64,000 nucleotides of DNA from the NCBI GenBank assembly GCA_965221205.1, contig OZ244870.1, positions 1,038,065 to 1,102,064 of the forward strand, in the 5' to 3' direction. The notes beneath the pieces are model-generated. The model had not been told where the DNA came from, ran no database searches, and saw only the letters and a program-made list of their open reading frames with translations. The translations under genes were made by a program, and so were the position numbers. Of this stretch, positions 21,201 to 31,718 are shown in pieces; position 1 is the stretch's first letter; each line of letters begins with the position of its first letter. Source of the stretch: a bacterium (GTDB lineage: Bacteria; SM23-31).

Positions 21201-21894
21201 ATTTGGAATGATAATGAGTGTAAATGGTTATGCAAGTTGTTTTTATTGACTGCACAACTGTTAGCAAGGTTAAAACATTGTGGTATATGGAGTTACGAAG
21301 ATGATTCGGATTGTTGCTAACGCTTGCTGACGTTCTAACTTCTTATATTTGTATATAGTTATATAGTATATAGTATAGTATGTCAGCAACATTTAATATT
21401 TATATACCTCATACGCGAGAGTATTACTCTGTATGTGTGATTTTTGTATAAATATTTATTTAAATAATAATATATATCTATCTAATTTTGAAGACATGCT
21501 GACAAGCGGTTTTTTTGGGACTTAAACATTATAGTAAACAAATAATTTGAAGGTGTTAGCAAAGATGTTAGCAAACTGGCAAAAATGGGTGAAAAATGGG
21601 GGTTTGTCAGCAACTTTTTGATGTTTTTAATAAAAATTATTATTGTTAAAATTTGTAAGCAAATGGCAGGAAATGGAGTAAAAACTAAAAAGTTTTAAAA
21701 AATTTATTGCAAAAAAAGTTTAATAAATGTGCTACAATGTGTTCGATTGTGTTCAGGAGAGCTGAATTTGTCCGTTATAACAACGCGGTGAATTATTGAC
21801 GGATAAGTTCTATGGTGGTGCTCTGATTTTATAAAGAAATAGTTTGGAAATTTTTTTATTGTTGTTTATATTTAACATTCGAACCTCCTTTGAG

Positions 21895-21969
21895 TGGTGG
21901 AGCTGTGGGGAATTGAACCCCAGCCGTCGGGTGCAAACCCCGATGTCCTCACGCCATGAGAACGGCCCC
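21895..21969 (-). tRNA. tRNA-like element (75 nt) with canonical T-arm and Ala/tmRNA-type 3' end CAGCUCCACCA but atypical D-arm
   Basis: Minus strand reads GGGGCCGTTCTCATGGCGTGAGGACATCGGGGTTTGCACCCGACGGCTGGGGTTCAATTCCCCACAGCTCCACCA; T-stem TGGGG/CCCCA with loop TTCAATT; acceptor has a G3-U pair and one C-A mismatch; anticodon-like loop GTTTGCA; 4 nt D-to-anticodon linker is non-canonical. Confidence 0.35.
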
Positions 21970-22276
21970 GCTTCACAAAAGGTATGGGGAAGTGGAATGT
22001 GTATTGTCTGCTAACAATTGCGTCTCCACTTCCCTTTTATTTTTAGATCTCAGTCAGATTCTTCTATGTCTCCGGCACCTTTTACACCTTTTACCATGAA
22101 AATGACTGGAGGGTCTCTGCAGAAAGAAATAATTTTCTTGACAAAATAATCAAAAAATCCTACATTAAAATGGCACATGGGTACACCTTTTACCTTTCTT
22201 AAGGTGTTCTTATGTCGTTGATTATAAGAGTGGTGCAAGTCTTAGCCCGACAGTGCCACTCTTTTTTTCTAACGGA

Positions 22277-22675
22277 TTAATTTTCGATACTTCTTCGATA
22301 CTTCGTATTTAAGCCAGAACCAGTTTTGTTAACATATCCATTCAGAACAAGTTTCTGCAAAGGTGAATTTACAGAAGCAAGTAAATCTTTTGCTTTAGAT
22401 TTTAATAATCCTTTATCTTTCATTTTTTTAAGTTCATCTCTGAGAGCAGGAGGAGTCCAATCTACTTTGGAGTATTCATCAAATATGTTCTTTATAACAG
22501 CAGAAGTGCCTAATTGCACTCCAGGATCTCCCTTAACATTTGTTGAGGTCTCTTCTGTTGAGGTCTCTTCCAAATTTTCCGTTAAAATTTCTATTGCTTT
22601 TCGAATTGTCTCAGCTTTTTCATTTAACTTTTTCTCTTGTTGTTGCAAGGCTTCGATTATTTCATTATGGCTCAT
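22277..22675 (-). CDS. Hypothetical protein (coiled-coil N-terminus)
   Basis: 132 aa ORF; its ATG lies at the first bases of the 75 bp tandem repeat. Confidence 0.4.
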   Translation of the reverse strand: MSHNEIIEALQQQEKKLNEKAETIRKAIEILTENLEETSTEETSTNVKGDPGVQLGTSAVIKNIFDEYSKVDWTPPALRDELKKMKDKGLLKSKAKDLLASVNSPLQKLVLNGYVNKTGSGLNTKYRRSIEN

Positions 22676-22822
22676 GTCTTTTTGTCCTCTCTTGCTTTTC
22701 TACTTTGTAAATATAATCAATAACTTCTCCATGTCAAGAGTTTTCTTCATGTCTTTTTGTCTTCTCTTGCTTTTCTACTTTGTAAATATAATCAATAACT
22801 TCTCCATGTCAAGAGTTTTCTT
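22673..22822. repeat. Tandem direct duplication, 2 x 75 bp, one mismatch
   Basis: Copy 1 22673-22747 and copy 2 22748-22822 (CATGTCTTTTTGTC[C/T]TCTCTTGC..GAGTTTTCTT); each copy carries on the minus strand a TTGACA-16nt-TATATT promoter-like element and an ATG. Confidence 0.8.
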
Positions 22823-23993
22823 GTTATTTTTAAAACAATAATAAGTATGCTTTGTTTTTGCTATTTGGAATTAGGTGTGTGAATGATAGAAAAATAAAAG
22901 TGGATAAACTCCAGTAAAAATACTACGTATTATTGCTGCAGTCTTATCAATTGTTGTCGGTATTAGTCTTTTAGCTAATAATTCCAATCCAGTATATCCG
23001 CTAATCTGTGGAATATTATTCTTAATTTTTGCAATACCCCATATTAAAAAAATCAGTTTTGGGCAAGAATTAACATATATAACATCCCAATATTACTTTA
23101 CATAGCAATACTGGTGAAGAAGTATCATTTAAAGAAGAGTCAAAAATGAAGTTTTTAGTAGATAAGAAATTTGAAGAGGTGGACACCTGGTGCACAGGAA
23201 CAGTTACAGGATTTAAATCAAATTTAGGAGAAATAACTGAACAAGGTTATGATTTAGATGGTAAGTTACCCTTGCGATTGAATTATGATATAGTCCAGAG
23301 AAAAACGACCAGTAACTAAACCAACTGATTTTCTTAGCATTACTGTTATTTTCCCAGATAATAGAAAATGGAAAGGTTATAAAGGTAGATATGAAGGTAA
23401 AAATACAAAAATCAAACTTCATGAAATCCAGCCTCAACCCTCTAAAATGGATGAAAAAGATTGTTTAATATGGGAAATTGATAAACCTAAATTAAATCAC
23501 AAATATAAACTTGAATGGACATGGTATATTGTCATACAGTCTCTTGAATGCGTTTTTTTCGCCTCTCCCTGAGCGCTTCGATCAATAACATTTCAACTGT
23601 ATTTGAAAACATCCGGTTGTCACGTTCGGGTCGGCGTAGTGATTCGACTTCGTTATTTACTCGCTCTTCAAGACGGATTGTTCTGTGTATTTTAGTCATT
23701 GTACTCGCCTTCTATTCTTCACCAAATATGTATTGTACAGGTATGCCTACGGCACGAGTCGACATGCCAGGTTCAAAGCGTATTAATTTCACACTTTTAG
23801 TTCCATCGATGCGCAGCAGCACGTTCTTCCAGCCAGTATGCCAGGCTGTGTCCTTGAGCAGCTTCCGTTCGACCACCAGCTCTATATTCTTTACTCATCC
23901 GGTATAAAAGGGACTCCTAAATGTATCGTTCATAATGCCGGCGGAACACTCCTTCAACATTTTAAAAAAGTCGCTCTCTATACAATTATTGTA

Positions 23994-24610
23994 TTATTCA
24001 CCCTCTTCATATACCGGTGGAGGTGTGAAAAACAGGTGGCACTGGAAGCAGTCTTTCTTATCCTCGTCTTCCACATCGGTCAATGTTTTATTAAAGCGAG
24101 GATTAAACTGACCGTTATGGCAGACACCGCAGTCATTAAACATAAAAGGCCAATTGGTTTTATATTTGCCGACAAATTCGGGATCACCGTGTGTGATTCC
24201 GCGATGGTATTCAACACATTCGATTTTTTCGCGCTCGACATGGGTCCGATGTGCCATGATGAGTCCTTGTCCCTTAAGAGTATTATCAGGTAGATCGTAC
24301 CAGCCCATTTCATTAAAATAAAGAATGGAGTTGTGGCAGCCCATACAGTTTTCCGTAGAAATCGGAAGCGGTTCCTCGTGGGGACTCAGTTCGTTACCTC
24401 GGATAATTGCCACCATAAAGGTCGTGTACTCCCATAACCTGCGTCTTGAGTGCGCCTTTGATTCCCGGTTCGATATGACCAGTCTACACAGTTGATGTTT
24501 TGATGGGTTCCTTTTGCCCAGGTTACTTTCTGATCAACATGGCATGAACTGCAGACCATATTTGTTTTAAAAAATATTTTTTTGCAGGAATTTTCATGGT
24601 CTTGCTGCAC
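23994..24610 (-). pseudogene. Multiheme cytochrome c (NapC/NirT/NrfH-like), frameshifted
   Basis: Heme motifs CSSCH, CMGCH, CGVCH, CFQCH split across ORFs 24386-24610 and 23994-24416; a third frame restores the expected CVDCH at the junction. Confidence 0.5.
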
Positions 24611-24705
24611 CTGTATATAATTGGGGGAAAGCAGGATCAGTACCTTCTCCCAATTAAAGAGTGTTTTGAGTCGACCGACTCAAGCAAAATACCTGAATTG
24701 CCGTT

Positions 24706-25415
24706 TTATTGAGCGTCGATCAATTCATCGAGTTTCTTCTCGAGACCAATCGGACCGGACCATGGCTGAAAGAGTGCCGCTTTTCCTTCTCTGTCGATGA
24801 GGAGCATGCTGTTCGGAGCACCGCCTCCCAGCGTATTCTGGAAGGTTGTCCTTTGCAAAACCGTCAATGATAATCGGGCGTTTCAGGCCGTGATCCTCAA
24901 CAAGAATCTTGGCATAATTGACCCGGTCATCGACTGTTTTGGTCTGTTTCCGGTCTGAAAAGTCGTAACTCCGCATCTTCTCTCCGGTATGAGGCTCCTG
25001 TGTGTAAACTGTATAGAACTCGACATCTTTATCCTTGTATTTTTCGTACAGAGCATCCATATCAGGTATTTTCCCTAAGTAGAGCGGTTAAGTACAGGCT
25101 CCCATCTCGAGAACGAGGATTTTTCCCCGTTTGTCTGAAAGCTTGAAACTATCACCCTCATACGTTATGCACTCAAAATCTCCGATAACAGAACCGTTAT
25201 CAGGCCCTTTCCAGAAACTCCAGTCGGCTTGCATCCGCTGTCTCATATTTTTGCGCTGACCCAATATCAAAGACGGTCATAGTCCATACTGCACACAAGA
25301 AGCTGATAATGAGTAGTTTTCTTATATCTGACCTCCTGATTACAGATTGGTGGATTGTTACTAATGAATAAAAATAAAATTTATTGTAATAGTTACAAAC
25401 ATTTTTCTTATACAA
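24706..25415 (-). pseudogene. Thioredoxin-fold redoxin (TlpA-like), disrupted by in-frame TAA and frameshifts
   Basis: Pieces 25200-25415 (signal-peptide-like LLIISFLCAVW), 25088-25270 (..KRGKILVLEMGACT then TAA) and 24725-25060 in the same frame, plus a frame-shifted C-terminus ending ..LDELIDAQ at 24706. Confidence 0.5.
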
Positions 25416-25624
25416 TAGTATCCCAAAAAATATTTTTTTGATGAAAACAGTAATCTGGTTGTATTACATTTTTGCACGACGTGCAATTTGCACTTATATA
25501 TTTATACGAATTAATTTATTCAATATCTGTAAAATATATATTTTGATTGCTAATTATTTCTTCATTATAATAATGCATTCCAACCATCCCATAAGTACAC
25601 AATTCTCACATATAAGAATCGAAA

Positions 25625-27415
25625 ATGAAAATGTACCTATCGCATAACTACTCGAACAGCATCAAGTCTGAAGAGCGGTTGTCTTTAAAGTACACAGTTT
25701 TTGTACAGTCTTTAAGCATTGCAATGATACTCGCATTGTTCCTGTCTCTGATTATATCCGATGTTCAAGCATATGCTCCATTTGAAAAAAAGAACCAAAT
25801 ACAGTCTGTGATCGGAAAATTAGCGGTTCTGCCGCTTGAAAACCGGGGGATGCAGTCCGACGACTATTTAGCAACCGGTATGACAAATGAATTAATCGAC
25901 CTGTTGTCATATGTAGGCAGTCTGCAGGTTATCGGCAGAACAAGCTCATCCCATTTTCAAGGGCAAACCAGATCGTTGGCCGATGCAAAATCAAAACTCG
26001 ATGCGGACTATCTTGTTCTTGGAAGCGTGAAGCGCGCTTTGGGTGGTTCCATAGCGGTCGAGTGGCAGCTAATAGAAACAGCCAGAGGTGTTCCGCTTGT
26101 AACCACACGGTTTACTGAAGACACGGAAGAGGTATTTATACTTCTGGCCAGAATTGTTGAAAGAGTTGCAGAAGAGTTATCAATTGAATTGTCTAACGCA
26201 GAACAGAGGGCTATAAGGGAAAACCCAACCCAAAGCAGCAGAGCATTTGATTTGTATCTGAAAGGGATGCATGCACTTGTTACGGGAGAGAGCGAACGAG
26301 CAATCGGAACTGCTCTCTGGAATTTCAAAACTGCGTCTGAACTCGATCCCAATTTTGTAAAAATGCAGGGCACCTTATCTGTATTGATAGCACAGGAGTA
26401 CTACAACGGTGATGGATGGTTCGATGCATTTCTCGAATCGGAGGAAGCATTAAGACGAGCTATGGAGAGTGCACCTTCGCATATTTCCACACAAATTGCA
26501 AAAGGGTATAATTACTATTACGGCTATAGCAATTTCGATGATGCAATTGACCTGTTTTATGAGGCACTGGCAGTCAAACCGAGTAATCCTGAACTCCTAA
26601 TCGATGTCGGTGACATTTTCCGGCGACAGGGTAAATGGGATGAGGCGCTGCAATCCTATCACTTGGCAAAAATACTTGATCCGCTCAATGACAGGCTCCT
26701 CGGTTTGGGGCTCGGCCAGACGGCGCTTCTCATGCGCAGATATCAAGACGCAGAGCAGTATTATTCCAGAGCTATCGAACTTGCGCCTGAGAATCCTGAA
26801 TATTACCGACAAAAGGCTCGACTCTATCTGAACTGGGAAGGATCGACAGAAAAAGCCCGCAATGTTGTAAACGATGCACTTCAGCACATGGAGCAAGATG
26901 AACTTGCCTTTATCGCTGCGAAAATTGAAATGATCGAAAAAAAATACAGAAGAGCACTGCAATTACTTGAGACGATGGAAGGATCATCCGGGTATTTTCT
27001 CGACAGTGCGCTGATATATAGCTTGATGGGTGAAATAGAACGGGCGGAAGAATTGTATGATGCTGCACGGATCGGTCTCTTGCCTATGCTTCAGACTTTC
27101 CCGGCCGAACCTGATTATCATGCACTGATCGGCATTACTTACGCAGGTATGGGACTCACCGACAAAGCGCGCGGCGAAGCAAACCTGGCGTATGAACTCC
27201 TTTCGATAGACGATGATGCCTACAAAGGAGCGGTAAATCTTGAGAATTGTGCGGTCATTTATACAATTGCGGGGGATCATGATTCAGCGCTTGATTTATT
27301 GGAAGAACTCCTCGCAATCCCGTCATGGATTTCGGTTCAGCTCTTGCAAACCGATCCACTCTGGGCACCGCTGAGAGATAATGTTCGCTTCAAAACACTT
27401 ATAGCTCAAAATTAG
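25625..27415 (+). CDS. TPR-repeat protein with N-terminal TolB-like domain
   Basis: 596 aa; N-terminal TM helix; repeated TPR-like helical pairs in the C-terminal two thirds. Confidence 0.6.
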   Translation: MKMYLSHNYSNSIKSEERLSLKYTVFVQSLSIAMILALFLSLIISDVQAYAPFEKKNQIQSVIGKLAVLPLENRGMQSDDYLATGMTNELIDLLSYVGSLQVIGRTSSSHFQGQTRSLADAKSKLDADYLVLGSVKRALGGSIAVEWQLIETARGVPLVTTRFTEDTEEVFILLARIVERVAEELSIELSNAEQRAIRENPTQSSRAFDLYLKGMHALVTGESERAIGTALWNFKTASELDPNFVKMQGTLSVLIAQEYYNGDGWFDAFLESEEALRRAMESAPSHISTQIAKGYNYYYGYSNFDDAIDLFYEALAVKPSNPELLIDVGDIFRRQGKWDEALQSYHLAKILDPLNDRLLGLGLGQTALLMRRYQDAEQYYSRAIELAPENPEYYRQKARLYLNWEGSTEKARNVVNDALQHMEQDELAFIAAKIEMIEKKYRRALQLLETMEGSSGYFLDSALIYSLMGEIERAEELYDAARIGLLPMLQTFPAEPDYHALIGITYAGMGLTDKARGEANLAYELLSIDDDAYKGAVNLENCAVIYTIAGDHDSALDLLEELLAIPSWISVQLLQTDPLWAPLRDNVRFKTLIAQN

Positions 27416-27558
27416 GTGAGCTATTATTTAAAATAACAATACGTTACAGTGTTGCTGCAAGTTTCTCGGATTATAAGAGATGTGTAATCTCTGGACTGCC
27501 ATCTCCACATTACATACATAAAAATGTAAATATTCTCCAATTGAAATAAGGAGGAAAA

Positions 27559-29037
27559 ATGGTTCAAATGAGCAGACACCGTGCACATTCGATCCTCAAC
27601 GTAATACTCTTAGGTTTGAGCATACTTTTAACCTACCTCAACCTTTTTGGGCAGGACCTGTATGAGCAAGTTTCATCAACTGACAAACTGATCATCCAGT
27701 ATCCAACAGTTTATGCAATAACAAACGCCCGGATTGTTACCGGGACCGGGCAGACAATCGGAAATGGTTCACTGGTACTCAAAGACGGCCTCATTGAATC
27801 CGTCGGGTCATCTATCGATGTTCCTGCCGAAGCGGAGGTGATCAATGCTGACGGTATGACGGTCTATCCGGGATTTATCGATGTGCATACTGCTCTGGGT
27901 TTTCATCCTCCCGAAAAAAGAGGCAGTGAATCAAATCGGGAAGGTCAGCAGGAAGAAAATGACGCCTATCAACCGAAATCCGTGGAGTATGACAGAAACC
28001 TCAGGCCTGATAAGACTGCACTGGCAGACATCGACTTTAACGACAGATTTTTAAATGCTGCCCGCGAGTCTGGTATCACAACTGTACTTTCGGTGAACCG
28101 TCAGGGCATCTTTCCGGGAAAAGGTTCTGTAATCACAACCTTCTCCGATGAACTGATCCAAAGTCTCATAAAGTCTTCATCTTATCAGTTTATTCAGTAC
28201 TCCGCCGTCCGCGGAGGCTACCCGAATACACCCATGGGGGTCATAGCATTTCAGCGACAGACTCTCACCGATGCGTCCTACTATGCCGAACTTGTAGATC
28301 GGTTCAACCGAAATGGCACGGGAATGCGTAGTCCTGTATTTGATCCGGTTTTGAGCAGCTTGTTTCCTGTTGTACGAGGTGATGAAACGATCATAATTCC
28401 TGTCAACACGGAAAATGAGATCAAAAAAGCGGTTCAGATTGCACAGAATTTCAATCTGAATGTTATTTTAAGCGGTGTTGTTGAAGGTTATCGGGTTGTC
28501 AATTTGCTGAAACAGGCTAATGTTCAGGTCATTGTAAGTGTGAATTTTCCCGACCCGAAGGACGTAACTGGATATTCGTTCACAATGCCAATAAAACCAT
28601 TTGAGGTACCGCCGCCACCTGATAAGGAAAAAAAGAATGATGATGACCCACCGCTCAAAGATCTCGATGACCGAATAAAAGCACAATTATACGGCAATGC
28701 TGCTGCGCTTAATCGAGCTGATATTTCATTTGTTCTTTCCGCCGGCGGAGCATTTGAAGATTCAACATCGGTTTATGAAAAATTTTTAGCAAATGTCCGG
28801 CACGCTATCGACGCAGGTTTGCCGGAAAGTAGTGCTCTGGCGGCAATGACCATAGGGCCTGCCGAGATGCTCGGCCTTGACAATACACTCGGAACTGTGG
28901 AATCAGGCAAAATGGCAAGTCTGGTGATTACCGATGGTGATTTGTTTGATGAAGATTCGAAAATCCGCTATGTGTTCATCGATGGTAAAATTATTGATTT
29001 AAGTCACAACAGTTCGCAATCGGCGGAAAAAAAATAA
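27559..29037 (+). CDS. Amidohydrolase family protein (secreted)
   Basis: Signal peptide; ITNARIVTGTG..VINADGMTVYPGFIDVHT pattern of the metal-dependent amidohydrolase fold; only one His in the HxH position. Confidence 0.7.
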   Translation: MVQMSRHRAHSILNVILLGLSILLTYLNLFGQDLYEQVSSTDKLIIQYPTVYAITNARIVTGTGQTIGNGSLVLKDGLIESVGSSIDVPAEAEVINADGMTVYPGFIDVHTALGFHPPEKRGSESNREGQQEENDAYQPKSVEYDRNLRPDKTALADIDFNDRFLNAARESGITTVLSVNRQGIFPGKGSVITTFSDELIQSLIKSSSYQFIQYSAVRGGYPNTPMGVIAFQRQTLTDASYYAELVDRFNRNGTGMRSPVFDPVLSSLFPVVRGDETIIIPVNTENEIKKAVQIAQNFNLNVILSGVVEGYRVVNLLKQANVQVIVSVNFPDPKDVTGYSFTMPIKPFEVPPPPDKEKKNDDDPPLKDLDDRIKAQLYGNAAALNRADISFVLSAGGAFEDSTSVYEKFLANVRHAIDAGLPESSALAAMTIGPAEMLGLDNTLGTVESGKMASLVITDGDLFDEDSKIRYVFIDGKIIDLSHNSSQSAEKK

Positions 29038-29049
29038 CAGGAGTTTCGT

Positions 29050-30396
29050 ATGCTAATGAGAAATCAGTCTATACTATTAATAGCCGCTGTTGTATGCATT
29101 CTTTGTACTGGAATAGTTCCTAATGCGTATGGTCAAGGCGACTTATATATAAACAATGCCACAATTATTACCGGTACCGGAGAAACAATAAACAACGGCT
29201 CGATCCTTATCCGTTCCGGTAAAATCGCCCGGATCGGCACTGGTTTCAGTGTCCCGGCAGGAGTTCGGGTAATTGATGCAGCAGGTCTCTATGCAATGCC
29301 GGGAATCATTGACCACCATTCCCATATTGCGGCTAACGGGTTGAATGAAGCAACTTCGCAAAATTCTGCTATGGTGGATGCGTCGGATGTCATCCAGCAC
29401 GATTCTTACAGTATTTATGCCTCTCTGACCGGCGGCACGACGACAATCCATGTTCTACATGGAAGCGCAAATAATATCGGCGGCAAAGACGAAGTTCTCA
29501 AACTGAAATGGGGACAGCCGTGGGAAGCGATGATTGTCCCGGATAAGATGGAGGGAGTTAAGTTTGCGCTCGGTGAAAATCCTATCAGGAGAGAGACCCG
29601 CTATCCCAACTCACGTATGGGACAGGAATTTCAGATCAGAAGTTACCTGATGCAGGGACTCGATTACAAAGCGAAATGGGATATGTACGAAGCAAAACTC
29701 GCAGGAGATCGGCCGCCGGCAAACGAGTATGAGCGGATAAACGGACCGGTACCGCCCAGAAAAGACCTCCGGCTCGAAACAGTAAAAGGTGTCCTGGAAG
29801 GTACAATTCGTGTTCACAGCCACGGCTACAGTAATTCCGAATTATCGATGCTTCTGCGTTTGCTCAAAGAGTTCGGCATTGCCCCACACAGCCTTGAACA
29901 TGCGCACGAAGCCTATATGCTCGCAGATGAAATTGCCGAAGCAGAGACGGTTGTATCGATGTTTATTGATTTCTGGAATTACAAAGTTGAATCTTCCCAG
30001 GGGTCGTTTTTTGCGGCATCATTGCTGACCGAACGAGGTGTAAAGGTAGCATTAAACTCCGACGATGTTGGTTCCGCTGAGCGTGCCCGGCGGTTGAATC
30101 TTGAAGCCGCAAAATCGATGCGGTATGGCGATGCAATGACGGAAACAGAAGCAATCAAAGCTATCACCTACAATCCCGCATACGGATTAAAACTTCACAA
30201 CAGGATTGGAACACTCGAAGTCGGCAAGGACGGCGATGTCGGATTGTGGGACGGTCATCCACTCTCTGTCTACAGCAAATGTGTCAAAACAATTATTGAA
30301 GGGGATGTCTATTTCGACAGAGATACAGCACTAACGACCGAGAAGTGGTTGAAGGGGGAAAAACCGGACTGGAAAGCTATGGGAGGTGGCCAATGA
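29050..30396 (+). CDS. Amidohydrolase family protein (secreted)
   Basis: Signal peptide; canonical metal-binding PGIIDHHSHIA motif. Confidence 0.75.
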   Translation: MLMRNQSILLIAAVVCILCTGIVPNAYGQGDLYINNATIITGTGETINNGSILIRSGKIARIGTGFSVPAGVRVIDAAGLYAMPGIIDHHSHIAANGLNEATSQNSAMVDASDVIQHDSYSIYASLTGGTTTIHVLHGSANNIGGKDEVLKLKWGQPWEAMIVPDKMEGVKFALGENPIRRETRYPNSRMGQEFQIRSYLMQGLDYKAKWDMYEAKLAGDRPPANEYERINGPVPPRKDLRLETVKGVLEGTIRVHSHGYSNSELSMLLRLLKEFGIAPHSLEHAHEAYMLADEIAEAETVVSMFIDFWNYKVESSQGSFFAASLLTERGVKVALNSDDVGSAERARRLNLEAAKSMRYGDAMTETEAIKAITYNPAYGLKLHNRIGTLEVGKDGDVGLWDGHPLSVYSKCVKTIIEGDVYFDRDTALTTEKWLKGEKPDWKAMGGGQ

Positions 30397-31718
30397 AGAA
30401 AGGATATCAGGGAATTATCACATTTGCAAGTATGTTCATGTTAGCCACTGCGGCATTCGGACAATATGCTGTAACAAAGGCAACGATCGTTACGGTGTCG
30501 GGAGGTACCATAACGAATGGAACAATCGTGATTGAAGGAGACCGAATCGCCGTTCTTGGGACAGATATTGTGCTTCCGCAGGGAATCGAAGTTATTGATG
30601 CTACAGATTTGTATGTCTATCCCGGAATGATCGGTACAAACACCAATCTTGGCCTTACAGAACTGGGTGGTGTGACGCAAACTCAAGACCAAAGAGAAAT
30701 TGGAACCTTCAATACCTTTATCCGTGCATCGCAGGGAGTCAATCCACATACAATATTGAAAGGTATTGCCCGCTGGAATGGCGTAACGTCTGCAATTACT
30801 GTTCCCCGAACAGAGAAACAGGGAGTCTTTGCAGGACATGAAGTGCTTCTGAATTTAGACGGATGGAGTGTTGATGAAATGACGGTACAGGACCCGGTAG
30901 CGATGCAGATGACATTTCCGGACTTTAACCGGAATTCAGGTGGTAATAATGGAGAAGATCTTCCCCGACAGCTGGAAGCCCGCGGCGGCAGAAAGAACAG
31001 GCGTAATCGTGCCGAAAAAGTCCTGTCGGACGTTAAAGAATTGTTCGAAAAAACACGGCGCTATTCCCAGGCTCAGGCCGATTTTGAAGCACGAATACGC
31101 TCGTCATATCCGGTTACCGATCTGACGTTGGAAGGTTTGAAACCGGTTGTGCGGAAAGAAGTTCCGTTAACGATTACCGTGAATGGTGTCGAAAACATCC
31201 GTAAAGCGATCACATTTGTAAAGGAGACAGGAATCCGTGCGGTTTTTGCAGGTGCACAAGACGCCTACAAAATAGCAGAAGAAATCGCCGAAGCTGAAAT
31301 ACCGGTTCTCTATTCAGGTCTGCTCACTAAGGCTGATCAATATAATCCCTACGACCTCCATTTGACGGTCCCGTCAGTACTCCATAAAGCCGGAGTCACA
31401 ATTGCAATGTCGATAGCAAATGCATCTGATTTACAGAATCTCCCGTTTATGGCAGGAATGGCAGCCGCATACGGACTGCCGAAAGATGTTGCTTTGAAAA
31501 CAGTGACGCTTTATCCTGCTGAAATATACGGAGTGGATGATAAGCTTGGCAGCATCGAGGTGGGAAAAATGGCAAACATAGTTATTGCAGATGGTGACCT
31601 GCTCGAGCCACGCACAAAGGTCATTCATGAATTTATCCGTGGTCAGAAAGTCGACCTGTCAGATAATTACCAGTTTCAGCTCTACGAAAAACACCGAAAA
31701 CGCCCGGCTAAACATTGA
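30393..31718 (+). CDS. Amidohydrolase family protein, likely non-catalytic paralog
   Basis: Start taken at ATG 30393 (MKKGYQG), overlapping the upstream stop by 4 nt; PGMIGTNTNLG replaces the HxH metal-binding motif. Confidence 0.7.
   Translation: MKKGYQGIITFASMFMLATAAFGQYAVTKATIVTVSGGTITNGTIVIEGDRIAVLGTDIVLPQGIEVIDATDLYVYPGMIGTNTNLGLTELGGVTQTQDQREIGTFNTFIRASQGVNPHTILKGIARWNGVTSAITVPRTEKQGVFAGHEVLLNLDGWSVDEMTVQDPVAMQMTFPDFNRNSGGNNGEDLPRQLEARGGRKNRRNRAEKVLSDVKELFEKTRRYSQAQADFEARIRSSYPVTDLTLEGLKPVVRKEVPLTITVNGVENIRKAITFVKETGIRAVFAGAQDAYKIAEEIAEAEIPVLYSGLLTKADQYNPYDLHLTVPSVLHKAGVTIAMSIANASDLQNLPFMAGMAAAYGLPKDVALKTVTLYPAEIYGVDDKLGSIEVGKMANIVIADGDLLEPRTKVIHEFIRGQKVDLSDNYQFQLYEKHRKRPAKH

Noticed and set aside
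20866-21249. Plus-strand ORF (127 aa) downstream of the RidA gene
   Set aside because: Overlaps a more protein-like minus-strand small ORF (20976-21200); both remain low confidence
21895-22300. The tRNA-like 3' end (..GGGGTTCAATTCCCCACAGCTCCACCA) as the end of a standard tmRNA gene
   Set aside because: No GGGGCUG..UUCGAC-type 5' acceptor/D-loop partner within 400 nt upstream on the minus strand; the only GGGG-initiated partner sits about 70 nt upstream and gives a tRNA-sized molecule
22673-22822. 75 bp tandem repeat and the 14 nt repeat at 61872-61909 as CRISPR arrays
   Set aside because: Only two to three adjacent copies with no unique spacers between them; no cas genes nearby
22326-22841. 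Plus-strand ORF (171 aa) across the tandem repeat
   Set aside because: It is antisense to the ORF at 22277-22675 and its length is inflated by the duplicated unit; low-complexity Ser/Phe-rich translation
25088-25090. In-frame stop inside the redoxin gene as a selenocysteine codon
   Set aside because: The codon is TAA; selenocysteine is encoded only by UGA, so this is a nonsense codon or an error
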